Part shown: positions 50,346 to 62,791 of the stretch, piece after piece
Layout of the letters: each line of letters opens with the position of its first letter
Numbering within the stretch: the stretch's first letter is position 1
Assembly: GCA_963836495.1 (NCBI GenBank)
Contig: CAWIJT010000003.1
Location: 457,667-521,666, forward strand
Length of the DNA stretch: 64,000 nucleotides
Direction of reading: 5' to 3'
Source of the DNA: an uncultured Actinomycetota bacterium
Lineage (GTDB): Bacteria; Actinomycetota; Actinomycetes; Mycobacteriales; Mycobacteriaceae
Position numbers and translations under genes: made by a program
The notes under the pieces: generated by a model
The model's input: only the letters and a program-made list of their open reading frames with translations
What the model was told of the DNA's origin: nothing
The model's database searches: none

Positions 50346-50376
50346 ACATGGGTGTAACAAGTTCTAGACCATACTG
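50346..50376 (-). promoter_or_regulatory. Putative promoter motif upstream of mbtH-NRPS, shared with pks
   Basis: Minus strand CAGTATGGTCTAGAACTTGTT-N5-CATGT with a TATGGT -10; near-identical copy at 62641..62671. Confidence 0.55.
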
Positions 50377-50457
50377 GAGCCCCTTACGGTTGTCTAAGTA
50401 TTTGGACGTCCGGTCTGGTCCGCTGGATATCTGCGAGGTCGGCACGGTTTTCCCCCG

Positions 50458-51309
50458 CTAACCGGCCGGAGCTGATGTCGCCCCGGTGCGCAGCTGAGAC
50501 CGCAGTATTCGGTACTCCAGCAAGCCCGCCCGCAGCTGTTCGTAGATCGCCGACCCGGGTAGCGCCAGAAAGTTGGCCACCCGAGCATTTCCGTCGCCGT
50601 AGACCTGCTCCCAGTTGTTGCTCGCCTGATCGCGCGAGGCCAATACGTTCGCGGTGATGTCGCGATCGTCTTCGGTGACGAAGCCCAGCGCCTTCAGGCG
50701 CTGCCGCACGTAGTCCCAGTCCTCGGGGCTCAGGAAGTCGGTGTGCAAAAACCATGCATTGGAGCGGCATATCCGGCGAACTTCACCCAGGAATTTCGGC
50801 AGATTTCCGTATGAATGTGAGGACTCGACGTTCAAGACGGCATCGCATGCCTCATCGTGCAGGGGGATATTCAGCGCATCGCCGACCCTGAACTCTATCG
50901 AATCGCCGACGTGCGTTTTTTGGCAGAATGCGATCGCTTCCGAGGACATGTCGATGCCGATGACGTGAGCGCTGAATTTCTCCGCGACGAGTCTGGAATT
51001 GCCGCCGCGGCCACAGCCTATTTCGACAACCGTGCGGTCATTCAGATCCAGCGAACCGATGACCTCGAACACCAGGCGTACCGAGTTGGCATTGAATGTG
51101 CCTTCACGAATGACGAATGCGGATTCATCGCCGGAATCCATCGGAAGGTATCCGTAATTCAGAAAGAATGACGAATCCGCCACCCCGATGGCTTCCAGTC
51201 GGCGGCTGAGCAGGTCGTAGAAGCTGCGCCAGCCGCCGGCGGTCGTCGACAGGAGGTCGTCGGCCAGGTGAGCCGACATGGCAACTGTGGTGTCGCTGTC
51301 GTGAGCCAC
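50458..51309 (-). CDS. SAM-dependent O-methyltransferase, Fmt/Rv2952-like (fatty acyl O-methylation)
   Basis: GTG 51309 after GGAGG; FFLNYGY, VEIGCGRGG, GIDMS and NVESSHSY motifs; lies between pks and mbtH. Confidence 0.78.
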   Translation of the reverse strand: MAHDSDTTVAMSAHLADDLLSTTAGGWRSFYDLLSRRLEAIGVADSSFFLNYGYLPMDSGDESAFVIREGTFNANSVRLVFEVIGSLDLNDRTVVEIGCGRGGNSRLVAEKFSAHVIGIDMSSEAIAFCQKTHVGDSIEFRVGDALNIPLHDEACDAVLNVESSHSYGNLPKFLGEVRRICRSNAWFLHTDFLSPEDWDYVRQRLKALGFVTEDDRDITANVLASRDQASNNWEQVYGDGNARVANFLALPGSAIYEQLRAGLLEYRILRSQLRTGATSAPAG

Positions 51310-51350
51310 TTCATTCCTCCTTGCGTACGTGGAAAGCATTGCCGGACGGC

Positions 51351-54300
51351 CTATTCGGATGCATCGGCGAACTCCGCGCCGCCCGACTCCGGCACCTGAC
51401 CGGCCAGATACTCGGCGAGCGACCCGATTGTCGGGTAGTCGAACACCGCGGTCGCGCTGATCGTGAACGCGCCACCGAACTGGGGGACCAACCGGTTGCT
51501 GAATTCGACCGCCATCAGCGAATCCGTACCCAGTTCCAGGAACCGGCTGGTTGCCGCCGGCGGTTGCGCGAGCCGCAGGAAATTCTGTACTTCGTGCCGC
51601 AGGTACTCGGTGAGGAAACTGCCGCGCTCCACTTCGGGTACCTCGTGCAGCTGCCGGAGCAACTCGCTGTCGCCGCGGGACGCCGTGCCCGCGCTCGGCA
51701 GCACATGGTCGAGAATCGCTGGGCGGGAGACGCCCAACCCGCCCTTCGCGGCGCGCTGCCAATTGGCTTTGATGACGGTCGCCTGCCCGATTCCGTGGGC
51801 GACAATCGCGTCGAGCGCGTTGAGCGCGGCCGTGGGTTCCAGTGGAATCAGGCCTTGCGCACTGAGATTGGCGCGCGCCGCATGCGAGGTGGCCATGCCG
51901 CCCTTTGCCCAGGGGCCCCAGTTGATGCTGGTCGCGGGCAGCCCGCGCGCCTCGCGGTCCGCAGCGAGCCCGTCCAGCAGCGCATTGGCGGTCGCGTAAT
52001 TGGCTTGGCCGGGTGACCCGAGCACGCTGGAAGCCGAGGAGTACACGATGAAGAACTCGAGATCATCGTTCTTCGTCAACCGATGTAAGTGCCAGGCACC
52101 CAGCGCCTTTGGCGACAAGCTGGTCCGGAAACTGTCCAGGCTCTGCTGCGGTAGCAGCGCGTCGTCGAGCACGCCCGCGAGATGTGCCACCCCCGCGAGC
52201 GGCGGCAACTCCGCCCGGATCCGCTCCAGCAACGCTGTCACCTGCGCCTCGTCGCCCACGTCGGCCACGAAGGTGTGGATCCGGCACCGGTAGCGCTCGG
52301 TGATGTCGGCGATTTCCCGTTGCGCGTCCGCATCGGGCATCCGCCGACTGGTCAACACGATGTCACCGGCCCCGAGTTGGGCCAGATGAGCGGCCGTGAA
52401 CAGGCCCAATGCGCCGAGGCCGCCGGTGATCAGGTAGCTCCGGTCACTCTGCGGCTGAAGCGGTTTCGGCATCTGCAGCACGATCTTGCCGATATGGCGC
52501 GCCTGCTGCATGCGGCGGAACGCGGTCTTGGCCTCCGTCAGCGGGTAGACCTCGACGGCGAGTGGCCGCAGCTCGCCGCTGCCCATGCTGTCGGCCAGTT
52601 CGGCTAGCAGTTCCCCAACCCGGTCGGGATCTTCGGCGATGGTCGCGTCCAGCGCGATGATCTCGTAGGCGATGTCGGGACGGACCGCCGCCATCTGGTC
52701 AGGTGTCCAGATGTCGCGCTTGGCGATTTCGGCGAACCGGCCGCCCTGCGCGGTCGCCCGCACGGTCGCGGCGATGAACCCGTCATTGGTCAGGCTGTTG
52801 AGCACGACGTCGACGCCGGCGCCCCCGGTGTCGGCCAGGATCTGATCCGCGAAATCTGTACTGCGCGAGTCGTAGACGTGCTCCACGCCCATCTTGCGCA
52901 GCGTCGCACGTTTGTAGGTGCTGGCGGTGGCGAAGACGGTCGCGCCGCGCTGCTGGGCGATCTGGATCGCGGCCAGACCCACACCGCCGCTGGCGGCGTG
53001 GATGAGCACACGATCACCGGGCCCCACCTGCGCCCAGTCGAACGCAAGCCGGGTGGTGAGCGCCCCAGCGGGGATGGTCGCCGCTCCCACTGCGCTCACC
53101 CCGTTCGGCAACGGCGACAGGAACTGAGCGGGCACGTTGACCCGGGTGGTGAAGCACCCTTGCATGAAGCCGAAGACGCGCTGGCCGACCTCGAATCCGC
53201 TGACCCCGGAACCGACTTCGGTGACGATGCCGGAGAGGTCACCACCGATCAGGCCCGGATCACCCGGATACAAGCCGAGCACATTGAGCACATCCCGGAA
53301 GTTCAGGCCCGCGGCCTCCACCCGGATCTGCACCTGGCCCGCGGCCGGCGGCAGCACCTCCGTCTCGGCCAGGCGCAGGTTGTCGATCGCGCCGCGCTCG
53401 GTCGGCTCCAGGATGTAGTCGCCTGCGCGGGGTACCGGGAGGTGGCCGCTACGTGCCCAGGGCAGTAGCCGCGGCACTAAGTACTTCCCTTGTCGCAGTG
53501 CGAGTTCGGGCTCATCAGCGGGTGCGCCGAGCAGGCCGGCCAGCAATGGCGCGGCATCATCGAAGCTGTCGCAGTCGACCAGCCGGCAACGCAAGGCCGG
53601 CTGCTCGGTGATGACGGTTCGTCCGAAACCCCACAGCGCCGATTGCACGGGGTCGACCGGCTCGCCGGGTTCGGTCGCGACGGCCCGCTCGGTGACGATG
53701 CAGAGTCCGCCGGGGAGTTTCACGTCTTGCTGCGCCTGCAGCGTCTGCACCAAGGCGAGGAGCTGGTCGATCTCGCTCTCCAGCCGCGCGGAGAAGGCCG
53801 TGCTCGACTCTTCTTCGCCGGGCCGCGCGGTGCTTCGCCAGACGACGCCGGAGACCGGGGCGCCGCGCTCCTCGGCGTGGGCGAACAGTTGCTGCCAGGA
53901 CTTCGGATTCGCCGCGATCGAGGCACGGTCGACTGCGACAGCACCCGGGTGGTCGGCGACCAGCTCGTCGAATCCGGCAATCAGCACGGTGCCGTCGCCG
54001 TTACCGACGGTGCTGCCGGACGCCGGTGCCGGTACCTCCTGCCAGCCCAGGGTGTAGAGATTCCGGGTAGCGTCGCCGCCGAGTCCGCGCAGCAGCGCCT
54101 CGCGGGGCGCGCGTTTGACGGTGAACTCGCGAATTTCTCCCAGCTGGCGGCCGTCCCGGTCTACGAAATCCAGGTCGAAGACCTGTGTTTCGCTGTCGGG
54201 ACCGCCGGTCTGCCACCGCGCGCGGCAGTAGAACCGCCGTGGCAACCGCTCACGCAGCACCACCCGCCCGTATCGCAATGGCAAGAACAGGTCGGGCGCT

Positions 54301-57300
54301 TCGTGTTCGGCGGCTGTGAGGATCGCCGGGAAGGCGGGGAACGCGATTCCGGTGCACAGGTCCAGCAGCACCGGGTGGATCGGCTCGCTCCCAAGCTGTT
54401 CGGCGAGCTCGTCGCCGATGGCGATATCGCCGACCGCCTCACCGTCGCCGGCCCACAGCGATTTGAGCGACGTGGACCAGGTGGGACCCCACGTCAGCTC
54501 CATGTCCGCGAACGTGTCGAACAACTGCTGCGGACGAGTGCGGCCCAACCGTTCGCATGCGGCATCGATCGGCTCGGACGGCTCAGGCGCCGGCTGGTCG
54601 TCGACACCGGAGACGATCCGGCCGTCAGCGTTCAGCGACCACTCGGCTTGGCGCTCACCGTAGGGGCGGCTGTGTACCTGGAAGGTCCAGCCGCCTTCCC
54701 CGACGACCGGATGCAGCGTCAACTGCACTTCCCGGGAATGCTTGTCGCCCAAGATGATCGGTTCGTAGAAGAAGACGTTGCGCACCTGAGCCGGCGTCCC
54801 CACCGCGGCAAGAGCCATCGCCGCGTACGTCGCGCCGGGAACGACGACGGTGCCGTAGATGACGTGATGCGACAGCCACGGCTGCGACTTGATCGACCAC
54901 CGGCTGGTGTAGACGCTGTCGCCGGTGGCGAGATCCTTGGCGCTACCCAGGATTCCGGATGCGGCGGCGCCGTCTACGCGGAAGTCGGTGGTCTTGGGCC
55001 AGAAGCTACGGCGTTGGAAAGGATAGGTGGGCAGCTCGAGCCCACGGTGCCGACGATGATGTAGCGCAGCGAACGTGGGGCGATGCCCGGAAACATAGAC
55101 CGCGGCCAGGGCTTCGGCCATCTGACGTCGGGCATCGGTGCCCTTACGCAGGGAGGCGACGGCGTGCGGAGCGGCCGAGGATTCCGGCCAACCTTGCTGC
55201 GCGGCGCCGGTCAGCACCGGTTGCGGACCGATCTCCATCAGCACCGTGCAGCCCAGCTTCGCCACGGTGCGCACGCTTTCAGCGAACTGCACCGGCTGCC
55301 GGGAATGCCGCCGCCAATAAGGCGCGTCCAGGGGAGTCTCCGCCGTCAGCACTGCGCCGGTACGGTTGCACACCAGCGGCAGCGTCGGAACCGTGAATTC
55401 GAATCCCTTGGCGTACGCCTCGAATTCGTCGAGCGCCGGTTCGAGCAGCTCGGAATGGAAGGCATGACTGGTGTCCAGCCACGTGCAGCGGATTCCGTCA
55501 CCGCTCAACGTCGCGACAATCTTTTCCAGATCGGCGGCCGGACCCGACAGCACCGTGTTGGGGCCGTTGTACGCCGCGACCGAAATCTGCGGGAAGTCCT
55601 CGGCGGCACGCTCGACCCGTTGCGGGTCGGCGAACACCGCCACCATCCGGCCGCCCTCGGGCAGGTTGCCGAACAACCGGCCCCGTTCGGCCATCAGTCG
55701 CGCGCCGTCTTCGAGACTGAACACTCCGGCCACGCATGCCGCCGCGTACTGGCCGACGCTGTGACCGAGCACCACATCGGGCTCGATGCCCCACGACTGC
55801 CACAGCCGCGCCAGGCCCATTTCGACGGCGAACAGCGCCGGCTGGGCAAAAGAGGTGTGCCCCAGTGTCTTTGCGGGCTCGTTGCCGCTATCGCCGTCGG
55901 TCTCGAAGATGACCTCTAACAACGGACGCGGCAACATCGCGTCCACGGCATCGGCGCATCGCTGCACGGTGTCGGCGAACACCGGTTCGGCGTCGAACAA
56001 TTCGCGTGCCATCCCCGGGTATTGACTGCCCTGCCCGGTGAACAACCACGCCGTCTTCGGCGGGTCACCGCACACGCCACGTACAGCACCCGGGCCCAGC
56101 CGGTTCTCGGCCAACCCGGCCAGAAGGTCGCGGGCGCCCTGCACCGAATCCACGACCAGTGCGGCCCGGTGTTCGAAATGCGAACGCCCGACCCCGGCGG
56201 TGAAGCACACGTCGGTGATGTCGGCCTCTGGGTGTGCCGCCAACCAGTCGTCATAGCGCTGCGCCATCGACACCAGCGCCTCCGACGACCGTGCCGACAG
56301 CGGCAGCACGCCGACCGGTGCGTCTGCGCTGACCGGTTCCGGTGCAATGTCTTCTGTGACCTCGGATCGCGGTGGCGCCTCCTCGATCAGCACGTGCGCG
56401 TTGGTGCCGGAGAACCCGAAGGAACTTGTGCCGGCGCGGCGGGGCCGACCGTTGGCGTGCCATGGAATCGCCTTGTCCACCACACGAACCGGCAACGAGT
56501 CCCACGGAATGTTCGGTGACGGGTTCTCGAAGTGCAGGTTCTGCGGCAGAGTTTCGTGCTGCAAAGACAACACGACCTTGATCAGGCCGGCGATCCCCGC
56601 TGCCGATTCCAGGTGACCGATGTTGGTCTTCGCCGAGCCGATCAGCAGCGGCCGGTTCGGGTCACGGCCGACACCGTAGGCGGCTGCGGCGGCCTGGACC
56701 TCGATCGGGTCACCCAACGAGGTGCCCGTGCCGTGCGCCTCGAGGTAGTCGACGTCCCCGCCCACCAGGCCGGCACGAGCCAGCGTCGCAGCGATAAGCC
56801 GTTGCTGCGCACCGCCGTTGGGCACCGTCAACCCACTGGACGCGCCGTCCTGATTGACCGCGCTGCCCCGGATGACCGCGCAAATCTCGTCGCCGTCGCG
56901 CTCCGCATCGCTGAGCCTCTTGAGCACCAGAATCCCGCAGCCTTCACTGCGCGCATAGCCGTTCGCGGCGGCGTCGAAGGTCTTGCATCGGCCGTCGGCG
57001 GACAGCATTCTGGCGCGCGAGGTGGCAACGATGGACGCCGGACTCACCAGGACGTTCACCCCACCGGCCAGCGCCATGTCGCAGTCACCGGAATGCAACG
57101 CCTGGCAGGCCTGATGGACGGCGACCAGCGATGCGCTGCAGGCGGTATCCACCGCCATCGCAGGCCCTTCCAGCCCGAGCGCGAACGCCACCCGACCGGC
57201 GATGACATTGAGCGCATTGCCGGTGATGAAATGGGCCTCGATGGTCTCGACCGAGTTGGTGTTCAGCAGCTGCGAATACTCATTGGCGGCCACGCCCACG

Positions 57301-60300
57301 AACACGCCGGTTCGACTGCCGCGCAACGACCCTGGCGCATACCCGGCGCGCTCCAGGCCCTCCCACGCGATTTCCAGCATCAACCGCTGCTGCGGATCCA
57401 TCCACACGGCCTCGCGCGGGGAGATGCCGAAGAACTCCGGGTCGAATCCGTCGATGCCTTCGAGGTACCCCCCGTAGCGGGTGTAGATCTTGCCCGGCGC
57501 CTCGGGATCCGGGTCGTAGTATTCGTCGACGTCGAAACGGTCTTCGGGAATCTCGCGGATGGCGTCGACGCCGCCGGACAGCAACTCCCAGAAGCCTTCT
57601 GGATCGGGCGCGCCCGGAAAGCGGCAGGCCACGGCGACGATCGCGATCGGCTCGTCGGTGCGCATCGTCGTGACCGCTGCCGGCTGAGCCGCCGCATTGA
57701 CGGATGCCGGTGCGCCGATGCTGAGGACGTCGTCGAGCAGGTAGTCCGCCACGTCGACCAGGCGTGGGTAGTCCATCGCCAGCGTCGCAGGCAACTCCTT
57801 GCCGACGGCGTGCTCGACCCGGGTCCGCAGTTCGACGGCCATCAGGGAATCCATGCCGACGGCGAAGAATCCGGCCTCGTCGCGGATCTCCGCGACATCG
57901 ATCCGGGTCACATCCGCGACGACGTCGCGCAGGTAGTCCACGACGAGTTTCTTGCGCTGCTGCGCGGGCGCATTGGTGAGTTGCTCGACCAACCGGGTGG
58001 TCCCCGACGGTGTCGGTGCCAACGCCGACTGGGGCACCTCACGCTGCAACTGCTCCAGGAAGGACCGCTTCCCCGCCAGTTGGTAGAGCGGCAGGAAGCT
58101 GGACCAGTCGATCTTCGCGACGATCCCGTGTGCGGCGCCTCGTCCTGACGACGCCAGCATGAGCTCGGCCATCCCGGCCAGTGCGTCAGCGGGTGACAGC
58201 GTGCGGACCCCGCGCTTGTCGAGTTGTGCCCGGGCGTCCTCGTCGGCCATACCAGCGGCCGCCCACGGACCGAAGTTGACGCTGATTCCAGGAACACCAT
58301 GCTCACGTTGCCGCCAGGCCAGCCCGTCGAGGAAGGCGTTGGCCGCGCCGTAGGCGGTTTGGCCGAAGCTGCCCCACACCGAGGCGATCGACGAGGTGCT
58401 CAGGAAGAAGTCAAGTGGAATGTCTGCAGTGGCCTCGCTCAAACGCCAAGCACCCCAGACCTTTCCGGCAAACACCCGATCGATCTCAGCGTCGTCCAAG
58501 GCTTGCAGCGGGGTGGTGCCGATCTCGCCGGCGGCGTGCACGATGCCGGCGAGCGGCGGTAGTTCGGCTTGCACGGTGGCCAGCAGGCGCGTGACGTCGC
58601 GCGGAGCGGCGACATCGGCCGCGACAACCCGGACTTCGCAGCCGGATTGTTCCTGGAGCGCGTCGATACGCTGCTGCGCAGCCTCGCTGGGCTCGCGCCG
58701 GCTGGTCAGCACCAGATGCCGGGCGCCGTGGGTGGCCAGGTATCCGGCGATCTCCATGCCGACCGCACCCAGCCCGCCGGTCACCAGATAGGTTGCGTCA
58801 GCACGCAGTTGCAGTGGTGTTGCGATGGGTTGTCCGGTGCGCCGGGTCAGCCGGGCAACGTAGACGGCGCCGTCCCGCAGGGCGATCTGGTCCTCCCCGG
58901 GCGGTGCTGACACGAGTTGATCGATCAAACGAGACCACGCCCCGCCGTCCAAGGCACCACCTTGAGATACATCTGCGAGTCCGCCCCACAGTCGCGGATG
59001 TTCGAGCGAGGCGGCGCGACCGAATCCCCAGAGGCAGGTCTGTACCGGGGATACCGAGTCTGCGGCGGTAACACGTTGTGCGCCATGGGTTATCAGCCAG
59101 ATAGGTGTGCGCAGTTCAGCGGCGGCCGCGGCGCGGAACAGTCGACGTGTGCCGCTCAGGACGTGGAACTGCATCCGCTCCAGCGATTCCGTCGAGGGTG
59201 CCGCGTCGGAATCCAGGGCTGCCAGATGCAGGATGCGTAGTGTCGGATCGTCAGCTACCGCATCGCGCAACACGCCGTCGAGTCGTTGCTCGTCCGCGTC
59301 GGATGCCGGCAGCCCGACAATCTGATGCCGCTGCCCGCGCGCGTCGAGCGCGTCGACGATCGGCTGAACTGCCTCTGCATCATCGGCAATCAGCAGCCAG
59401 GCAGATCCCTCGTCGGCTGGGGCGGCTGAGGGCTTGGCAGTCGTTTTCTCCCAACGAATCTCGTAGCGGGAGTCCATGATGGACTGCGCTTTGCGCTGTT
59501 GGTTGTGTTGTGCGGCAAGCTGTCTCAACAAGCCGACGGACTGTTGGTCGGCGCTCGCACCGTCGAGTAGCGCGACGAGTTCCTCGATCCGGCCGTCTTC
59601 GAGAAGTCGGACGGTGTCGGTACGCATCGCGTGCGTCTCGTCGAGGGCCTGGACAGGCCGGACCCGCTCCTCGCGAAACCAGTACTGGCGATGCTGGAAC
59701 GGATAGGTGGGCAGGTCGAGCTTGCGCGCCGGCCCCTGCTGGAGCGCACCGAAGTCTGGCACGTGGCCGACGATGTACGCGTTGGCAAGGGCTTCGGTGA
59801 TCTGACGTAGGTCGGCGTGGTTTCGACGCAACGACGGGATCGCCCGGGGTGCGGTGGCCGGGTCTGGCCACGCCCGCAGGGCTGCCGCGGTGAGCACCGG
59901 TTGCGGGCCGATCTCCAGCAGCATCGTGCAGTGCAGATCGGCCAGTGTGCGAACACTTTTGGCGAACTCGACCGGCTGCCGGGCATGGCGGCGCCAGTAC
60001 GCGCCGTCCAGTTTTGCGTTTCTGCCGAGCGCGGCGCCGGTCCGGTTGCACACCAATGTCCTTTGGGGCGAACCGAATTCGAACCGGTTCGCATACGCCT
60101 CGAACTCGTCGAGGATTGGATCCAGCAGCGCCGAATGGAAGGCATGGCTGGTGTCCAGCCAGTCACAGCGGACACCGTCGGCTTCCAACTTGGCTACTGC
60201 CTGCTCCAGGTCCACCGCAGGTCCCGACAGCGCGGTGTTGGCACCGTTGTAGGCGGCCACCGACAGACTCGGGAACTCGTCGGTCAGGCTCTCGACGCGC

Positions 60301-62372
60301 TCGGCGGCGGCGAAGATCGCGACCATTCGACCGCCCGCGGGCAAACTGCCGAACAGGCGGCCGCGCTCGGCCATCAACAGGGCGCCGTCTTCAAGGCTGA
60401 ACACGCCCGCGACGCAGGCCGCCGAATACTGGCCGACGCTGTGGCCGAGCACCACGTCGGGCTCGAATCCCCAGGACTGCCAGAGCCGGGCCAGGCCCAT
60501 CTCCACCGCGAACAACGCGGGCTGAGCGTAGGAGGTCTGCCGCAGCGTCTCTTCGCAGTCCGGACTATCGGTATCGAAAATGACGTCCAGCAAAGGTCTT
60601 TCGAGAACGTCGGCAACCACCGCCGCGCAACGGGCCAATGTTTCGGCGAACACCGGTTCGGTCTCGAACAACTCGCGCGCCATGCCGGCGTACTGGCTGC
60701 CCTGACCGGTGAACAACCACGCGGTCCTCGGCCTGTCGGCGCACTCACCCCGGACCAAACCCGGCGACGGGCGATCGTCGGCAAGCGCGCGAAGTACCTC
60801 GCGCGCGGATTCCGTCGAGTTCACCACCAGTGCGGCCCGGTGCTCGAGGTGCGATCGGCCGACCCCGGCGGTGTAGCACACGTCGGCCAACGAGGCGTCG
60901 GGGTGGGCGGCTAGCCAACTGCCGTAGCTCTCAGCGAGCTCCGCGAGCGCGGCCGGGCTGCGCGCGGAGAGCGGCAACACGCTGAAGCGCCGGTCGTCAG
61001 AGGGCGCCGCCGGTGCCGCCGCAACCTGGCCCACCGCCTCGGGCGCTTCCTCGATGATGACGTGCGCGTTGGTCCCGGAGAACCCGAACGAACTGACCCC
61101 GGCAATGCGGGGGCGTCCGTCGCGTGCCCACGGGAGGGCCTCGTCCACGACCCGCACCGCGAGCCGATCCCACGGAATGTGCGGCGACGGCTTCTGGAAG
61201 TTCAGGTGCTTGGGGAGCTCTTCGTGCTCGAGCGACAGGATGACCTTGATCAGGCCCGCGATCCCCGCGGCGGCCTCCAGATGCCCGATGTTGGTTTTGA
61301 CGGAACCGATCAGCAGCGGCCGGTCCGCGTCGCGCTCGGTGCCGTAAGCCGCGCCAGCGGCTTGGACTTCGATCGGATCGCCCAGCGACGTTCCCGTTCC
61401 GTGCGCCTCGAGATAGCCGACATCGCGGGCTGCGACACCCGCGGACTGCAGCGCCTCGTTGATGACGCGTTGTTGGGCGACGCCGTTCGGCACCGTCAGA
61501 CCACCCGATGCGCCGTCCTGGTTGATCGCGCTGCCGCGGATCACCGCCCGGATCCGGTCACCGTCGCGGATCGCGTCCTCGAGGCGTTTGACGACGACGA
61601 CACCGCAGCCCTCGCCACGCACGTAGCCGTCGGCGGCCGCGTCGAATGTCTTGCACTTGCCGTCCGGAGCCAGCATGTGCGCGTGCGAGAAGGTCATCGC
61701 GGTCTTTGCGCTGAGCAGCACGTTCACGCCACCTGCCAGCGCGAGGTCGCACTCGCCGTAACGCAGCGCCTGGCAGGCCTGGTGAATTGCCACCAGCGAC
61801 GAGCTGCACGCCGTGTCGACGGTGACCGCCGGACCCTGCAGCCCCAGCCCGTAACTGATCCGGCCGGCTCCTGCGGCGGCGGACGTGCCGATCGCCACGT
61901 ACGCCTCGATCTCGGCGTAGGTCAGTTGTTCGGAGATCAATCCCAGGTAGTCGTGGGTGCCCAGACCCACGAACACACCGGTCTTGGTGTTCGCCAGGGC
62001 CGACGGCGCGGTGCCGGAATGCTCGACTGCCCGCCATGCCGTCTCCAGCAACAGCCGATGCTGCGGGTCGATCAACATCGTCTCCCGCTTCGAGAGCCCG
62101 AAGAACGGCGCGTCGAACCCCGCTACGTCATCGATGAAGCCGGCCCGGCGGGACACGATCTTCCCGGGCGCATCGGGATTCGGGTCGAAGAATTCCTCGA
62201 CATCCCACCGGTCGGCAGGCACCTCGGAGACCGCATCCCGCCCTTGCTGCAGCACCTCCCAGAACTCGTCCGCATCAGCGGCGCCCGGAACGCGCAGCGC
62301 ATAGCCGACTACCGCGAACGCCCCGCCGATCCCCTGTGATTCATGTGCCCGCGTGGATGTCTCGGTTGTCAA
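51351..62372 (-). CDS. pks: Bimodular type I PKS, KS-AT-KR-ACP-KS-AT-DH-ER-KR-ACP (GPL-associated pks type)
   Basis: Probable TTG 62372; KS DTACSSS and DTACSAS; ATs GHSVG/HAFH (malonyl); KR1 without LDD, KR2 with LDD; [12 protein letters not shown]; [10 protein letters not shown]; ACPs GMDSL and GTDSL. Confidence 0.92.
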   Translation of the reverse strand: MTTETSTRAHESQGIGGAFAVVGYALRVPGAADADEFWEVLQQGRDAVSEVPADRWDVEEFFDPNPDAPGKIVSRRAGFIDDVAGFDAPFFGLSKRETMLIDPQHRLLLETAWRAVEHSGTAPSALANTKTGVFVGLGTHDYLGLISEQLTYAEIEAYVAIGTSAAAGAGRISYGLGLQGPAVTVDTACSSSLVAIHQACQALRYGECDLALAGGVNVLLSAKTAMTFSHAHMLAPDGKCKTFDAAADGYVRGEGCGVVVVKRLEDAIRDGDRIRAVIRGSAINQDGASGGLTVPNGVAQQRVINEALQSAGVAARDVGYLEAHGTGTSLGDPIEVQAAGAAYGTERDADRPLLIGSVKTNIGHLEAAAGIAGLIKVILSLEHEELPKHLNFQKPSPHIPWDRLAVRVVDEALPWARDGRPRIAGVSSFGFSGTNAHVIIEEAPEAVGQVAAAPAAPSDDRRFSVLPLSARSPAALAELAESYGSWLAAHPDASLADVCYTAGVGRSHLEHRAALVVNSTESAREVLRALADDRPSPGLVRGECADRPRTAWLFTGQGSQYAGMARELFETEPVFAETLARCAAVVADVLERPLLDVIFDTDSPDCEETLRQTSYAQPALFAVEMGLARLWQSWGFEPDVVLGHSVGQYSAACVAGVFSLEDGALLMAERGRLFGSLPAGGRMVAIFAAAERVESLTDEFPSLSVAAYNGANTALSGPAVDLEQAVAKLEADGVRCDWLDTSHAFHSALLDPILDEFEAYANRFEFGSPQRTLVCNRTGAALGRNAKLDGAYWRRHARQPVEFAKSVRTLADLHCTMLLEIGPQPVLTAAALRAWPDPATAPRAIPSLRRNHADLRQITEALANAYIVGHVPDFGALQQGPARKLDLPTYPFQHRQYWFREERVRPVQALDETHAMRTDTVRLLEDGRIEELVALLDGASADQQSVGLLRQLAAQHNQQRKAQSIMDSRYEIRWEKTTAKPSAAPADEGSAWLLIADDAEAVQPIVDALDARGQRHQIVGLPASDADEQRLDGVLRDAVADDPTLRILHLAALDSDAAPSTESLERMQFHVLSGTRRLFRAAAAAELRTPIWLITHGAQRVTAADSVSPVQTCLWGFGRAASLEHPRLWGGLADVSQGGALDGGAWSRLIDQLVSAPPGEDQIALRDGAVYVARLTRRTGQPIATPLQLRADATYLVTGGLGAVGMEIAGYLATHGARHLVLTSRREPSEAAQQRIDALQEQSGCEVRVVAADVAAPRDVTRLLATVQAELPPLAGIVHAAGEIGTTPLQALDDAEIDRVFAGKVWGAWRLSEATADIPLDFFLSTSSIASVWGSFGQTAYGAANAFLDGLAWRQREHGVPGISVNFGPWAAAGMADEDARAQLDKRGVRTLSPADALAGMAELMLASSGRGAAHGIVAKIDWSSFLPLYQLAGKRSFLEQLQREVPQSALAPTPSGTTRLVEQLTNAPAQQRKKLVVDYLRDVVADVTRIDVAEIRDEAGFFAVGMDSLMAVELRTRVEHAVGKELPATLAMDYPRLVDVADYLLDDVLSIGAPASVNAAAQPAAVTTMRTDEPIAIVAVACRFPGAPDPEGFWELLSGGVDAIREIPEDRFDVDEYYDPDPEAPGKIYTRYGGYLEGIDGFDPEFFGISPREAVWMDPQQRLMLEIAWEGLERAGYAPGSLRGSRTGVFVGVAANEYSQLLNTNSVETIEAHFITGNALNVIAGRVAFALGLEGPAMAVDTACSASLVAVHQACQALHSGDCDMALAGGVNVLVSPASIVATSRARMLSADGRCKTFDAAANGYARSEGCGILVLKRLSDAERDGDEICAVIRGSAVNQDGASSGLTVPNGGAQQRLIAATLARAGLVGGDVDYLEAHGTGTSLGDPIEVQAAAAAYGVGRDPNRPLLIGSAKTNIGHLESAAGIAGLIKVVLSLQHETLPQNLHFENPSPNIPWDSLPVRVVDKAIPWHANGRPRRAGTSSFGFSGTNAHVLIEEAPPRSEVTEDIAPEPVSADAPVGVLPLSARSSEALVSMAQRYDDWLAAHPEADITDVCFTAGVGRSHFEHRAALVVDSVQGARDLLAGLAENRLGPGAVRGVCGDPPKTAWLFTGQGSQYPGMARELFDAEPVFADTVQRCADAVDAMLPRPLLEVIFETDGDSGNEPAKTLGHTSFAQPALFAVEMGLARLWQSWGIEPDVVLGHSVGQYAAACVAGVFSLEDGARLMAERGRLFGNLPEGGRMVAVFADPQRVERAAEDFPQISVAAYNGPNTVLSGPAADLEKIVATLSGDGIRCTWLDTSHAFHSELLEPALDEFEAYAKGFEFTVPTLPLVCNRTGAVLTAETPLDAPYWRRHSRQPVQFAESVRTVAKLGCTVLMEIGPQPVLTGAAQQGWPESSAAPHAVASLRKGTDARRQMAEALAAVYVSGHRPTFAALHHRRHRGLELPTYPFQRRSFWPKTTDFRVDGAAASGILGSAKDLATGDSVYTSRWSIKSQPWLSHHVIYGTVVVPGATYAAMALAAVGTPAQVRNVFFYEPIILGDKHSREVQLTLHPVVGEGGWTFQVHSRPYGERQAEWSLNADGRIVSGVDDQPAPEPSEPIDAACERLGRTRPQQLFDTFADMELTWGPTWSTSLKSLWAGDGEAVGDIAIGDELAEQLGSEPIHPVLLDLCTGIAFPAFPAILTAAEHEAPDLFLPLRYGRVVLRERLPRRFYCRARWQTGGPDSETQVFDLDFVDRDGRQLGEIREFTVKRAPREALLRGLGGDATRNLYTLGWQEVPAPASGSTVGNGDGTVLIAGFDELVADHPGAVAVDRASIAANPKSWQQLFAHAEERGAPVSGVVWRSTARPGEEESSTAFSARLESEIDQLLALVQTLQAQQDVKLPGGLCIVTERAVATEPGEPVDPVQSALWGFGRTVITEQPALRCRLVDCDSFDDAAPLLAGLLGAPADEPELALRQGKYLVPRLLPWARSGHLPVPRAGDYILEPTERGAIDNLRLAETEVLPPAAGQVQIRVEAAGLNFRDVLNVLGLYPGDPGLIGGDLSGIVTEVGSGVSGFEVGQRVFGFMQGCFTTRVNVPAQFLSPLPNGVSAVGAATIPAGALTTRLAFDWAQVGPGDRVLIHAASGGVGLAAIQIAQQRGATVFATASTYKRATLRKMGVEHVYDSRSTDFADQILADTGGAGVDVVLNSLTNDGFIAATVRATAQGGRFAEIAKRDIWTPDQMAAVRPDIAYEIIALDATIAEDPDRVGELLAELADSMGSGELRPLAVEVYPLTEAKTAFRRMQQARHIGKIVLQMPKPLQPQSDRSYLITGGLGALGLFTAAHLAQLGAGDIVLTSRRMPDADAQREIADITERYRCRIHTFVADVGDEAQVTALLERIRAELPPLAGVAHLAGVLDDALLPQQSLDSFRTSLSPKALGAWHLHRLTKNDDLEFFIVYSSASSVLGSPGQANYATANALLDGLAADREARGLPATSINWGPWAKGGMATSHAARANLSAQGLIPLEPTAALNALDAIVAHGIGQATVIKANWQRAAKGGLGVSRPAILDHVLPSAGTASRGDSELLRQLHEVPEVERGSFLTEYLRHEVQNFLRLAQPPAATSRFLELGTDSLMAVEFSNRLVPQFGGAFTISATAVFDYPTIGSLAEYLAGQVPESGGAEFADASE

Positions 62373-62640
62373 GGCGCGTGTCCTCTCTGCGCTCGGGTTT
62401 TCAATCGGTCTGGTGGGCGCCTGGGCCCTGGTCACCGCTCGGCGCGGCATCTGGAATGGGCGGCTGGATCCGTCGAATTGCCGTTGCGGTCTGTGCGCGG
62501 TCGGCTTCGCCGTATAGCACCCGCCAATTGGGTGGGACATTGGCGAAGGCTGGTCACAAGCTGTGTTACTCCTCGTCGTTGAGAAGAGCGGCAAAAGTGC
62601 CGCTGTCGTCGTAGAGCGGCATGCCCCGGCCGCCTATCCG

Positions 62641-62671
62641 ACATGAGTAGAACAAGTTCCAAACCATACTG
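62641..62671 (-). promoter_or_regulatory. Putative promoter motif upstream of pks, shared with mbtH
   Basis: Minus strand CAGTATGGTTTGGAACTTGTT-N5-CATGT; 19/21 identical to 50356..50376 with the same spacing to CATGT. Confidence 0.55.
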
Positions 62672-62721
62672 CGGGGCCTCGGGCCGATCCAGAGTTTCGT
62701 TAAAAAGGTCCGGATATTGGA

Positions 62722-62737
62722 TGTGACCCAGCTCACA
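62722..62737. promoter_or_regulatory. Perfect CRP (cAMP receptor protein) consensus site
   Basis: TGTGA-CCCAGC-TCACA in the gtf-pks intergenic region. Confidence 0.65.
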
Positions 62738-62791
62738 ACACCTCAGCGGTCCGGTCGACCGATTGTCGTGATGTGCGCCCAGGGGGGAAGG

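Noticed and set aside
62432-62662. 76-aa ORF and an extended pks N-terminus (to 62594) in the gtf-pks gap
   Set aside because: Low-complexity Arg/Pro-rich translations without motifs; TTG 62372 with an AGAGGA RBS gives a typical GPL PKS length.
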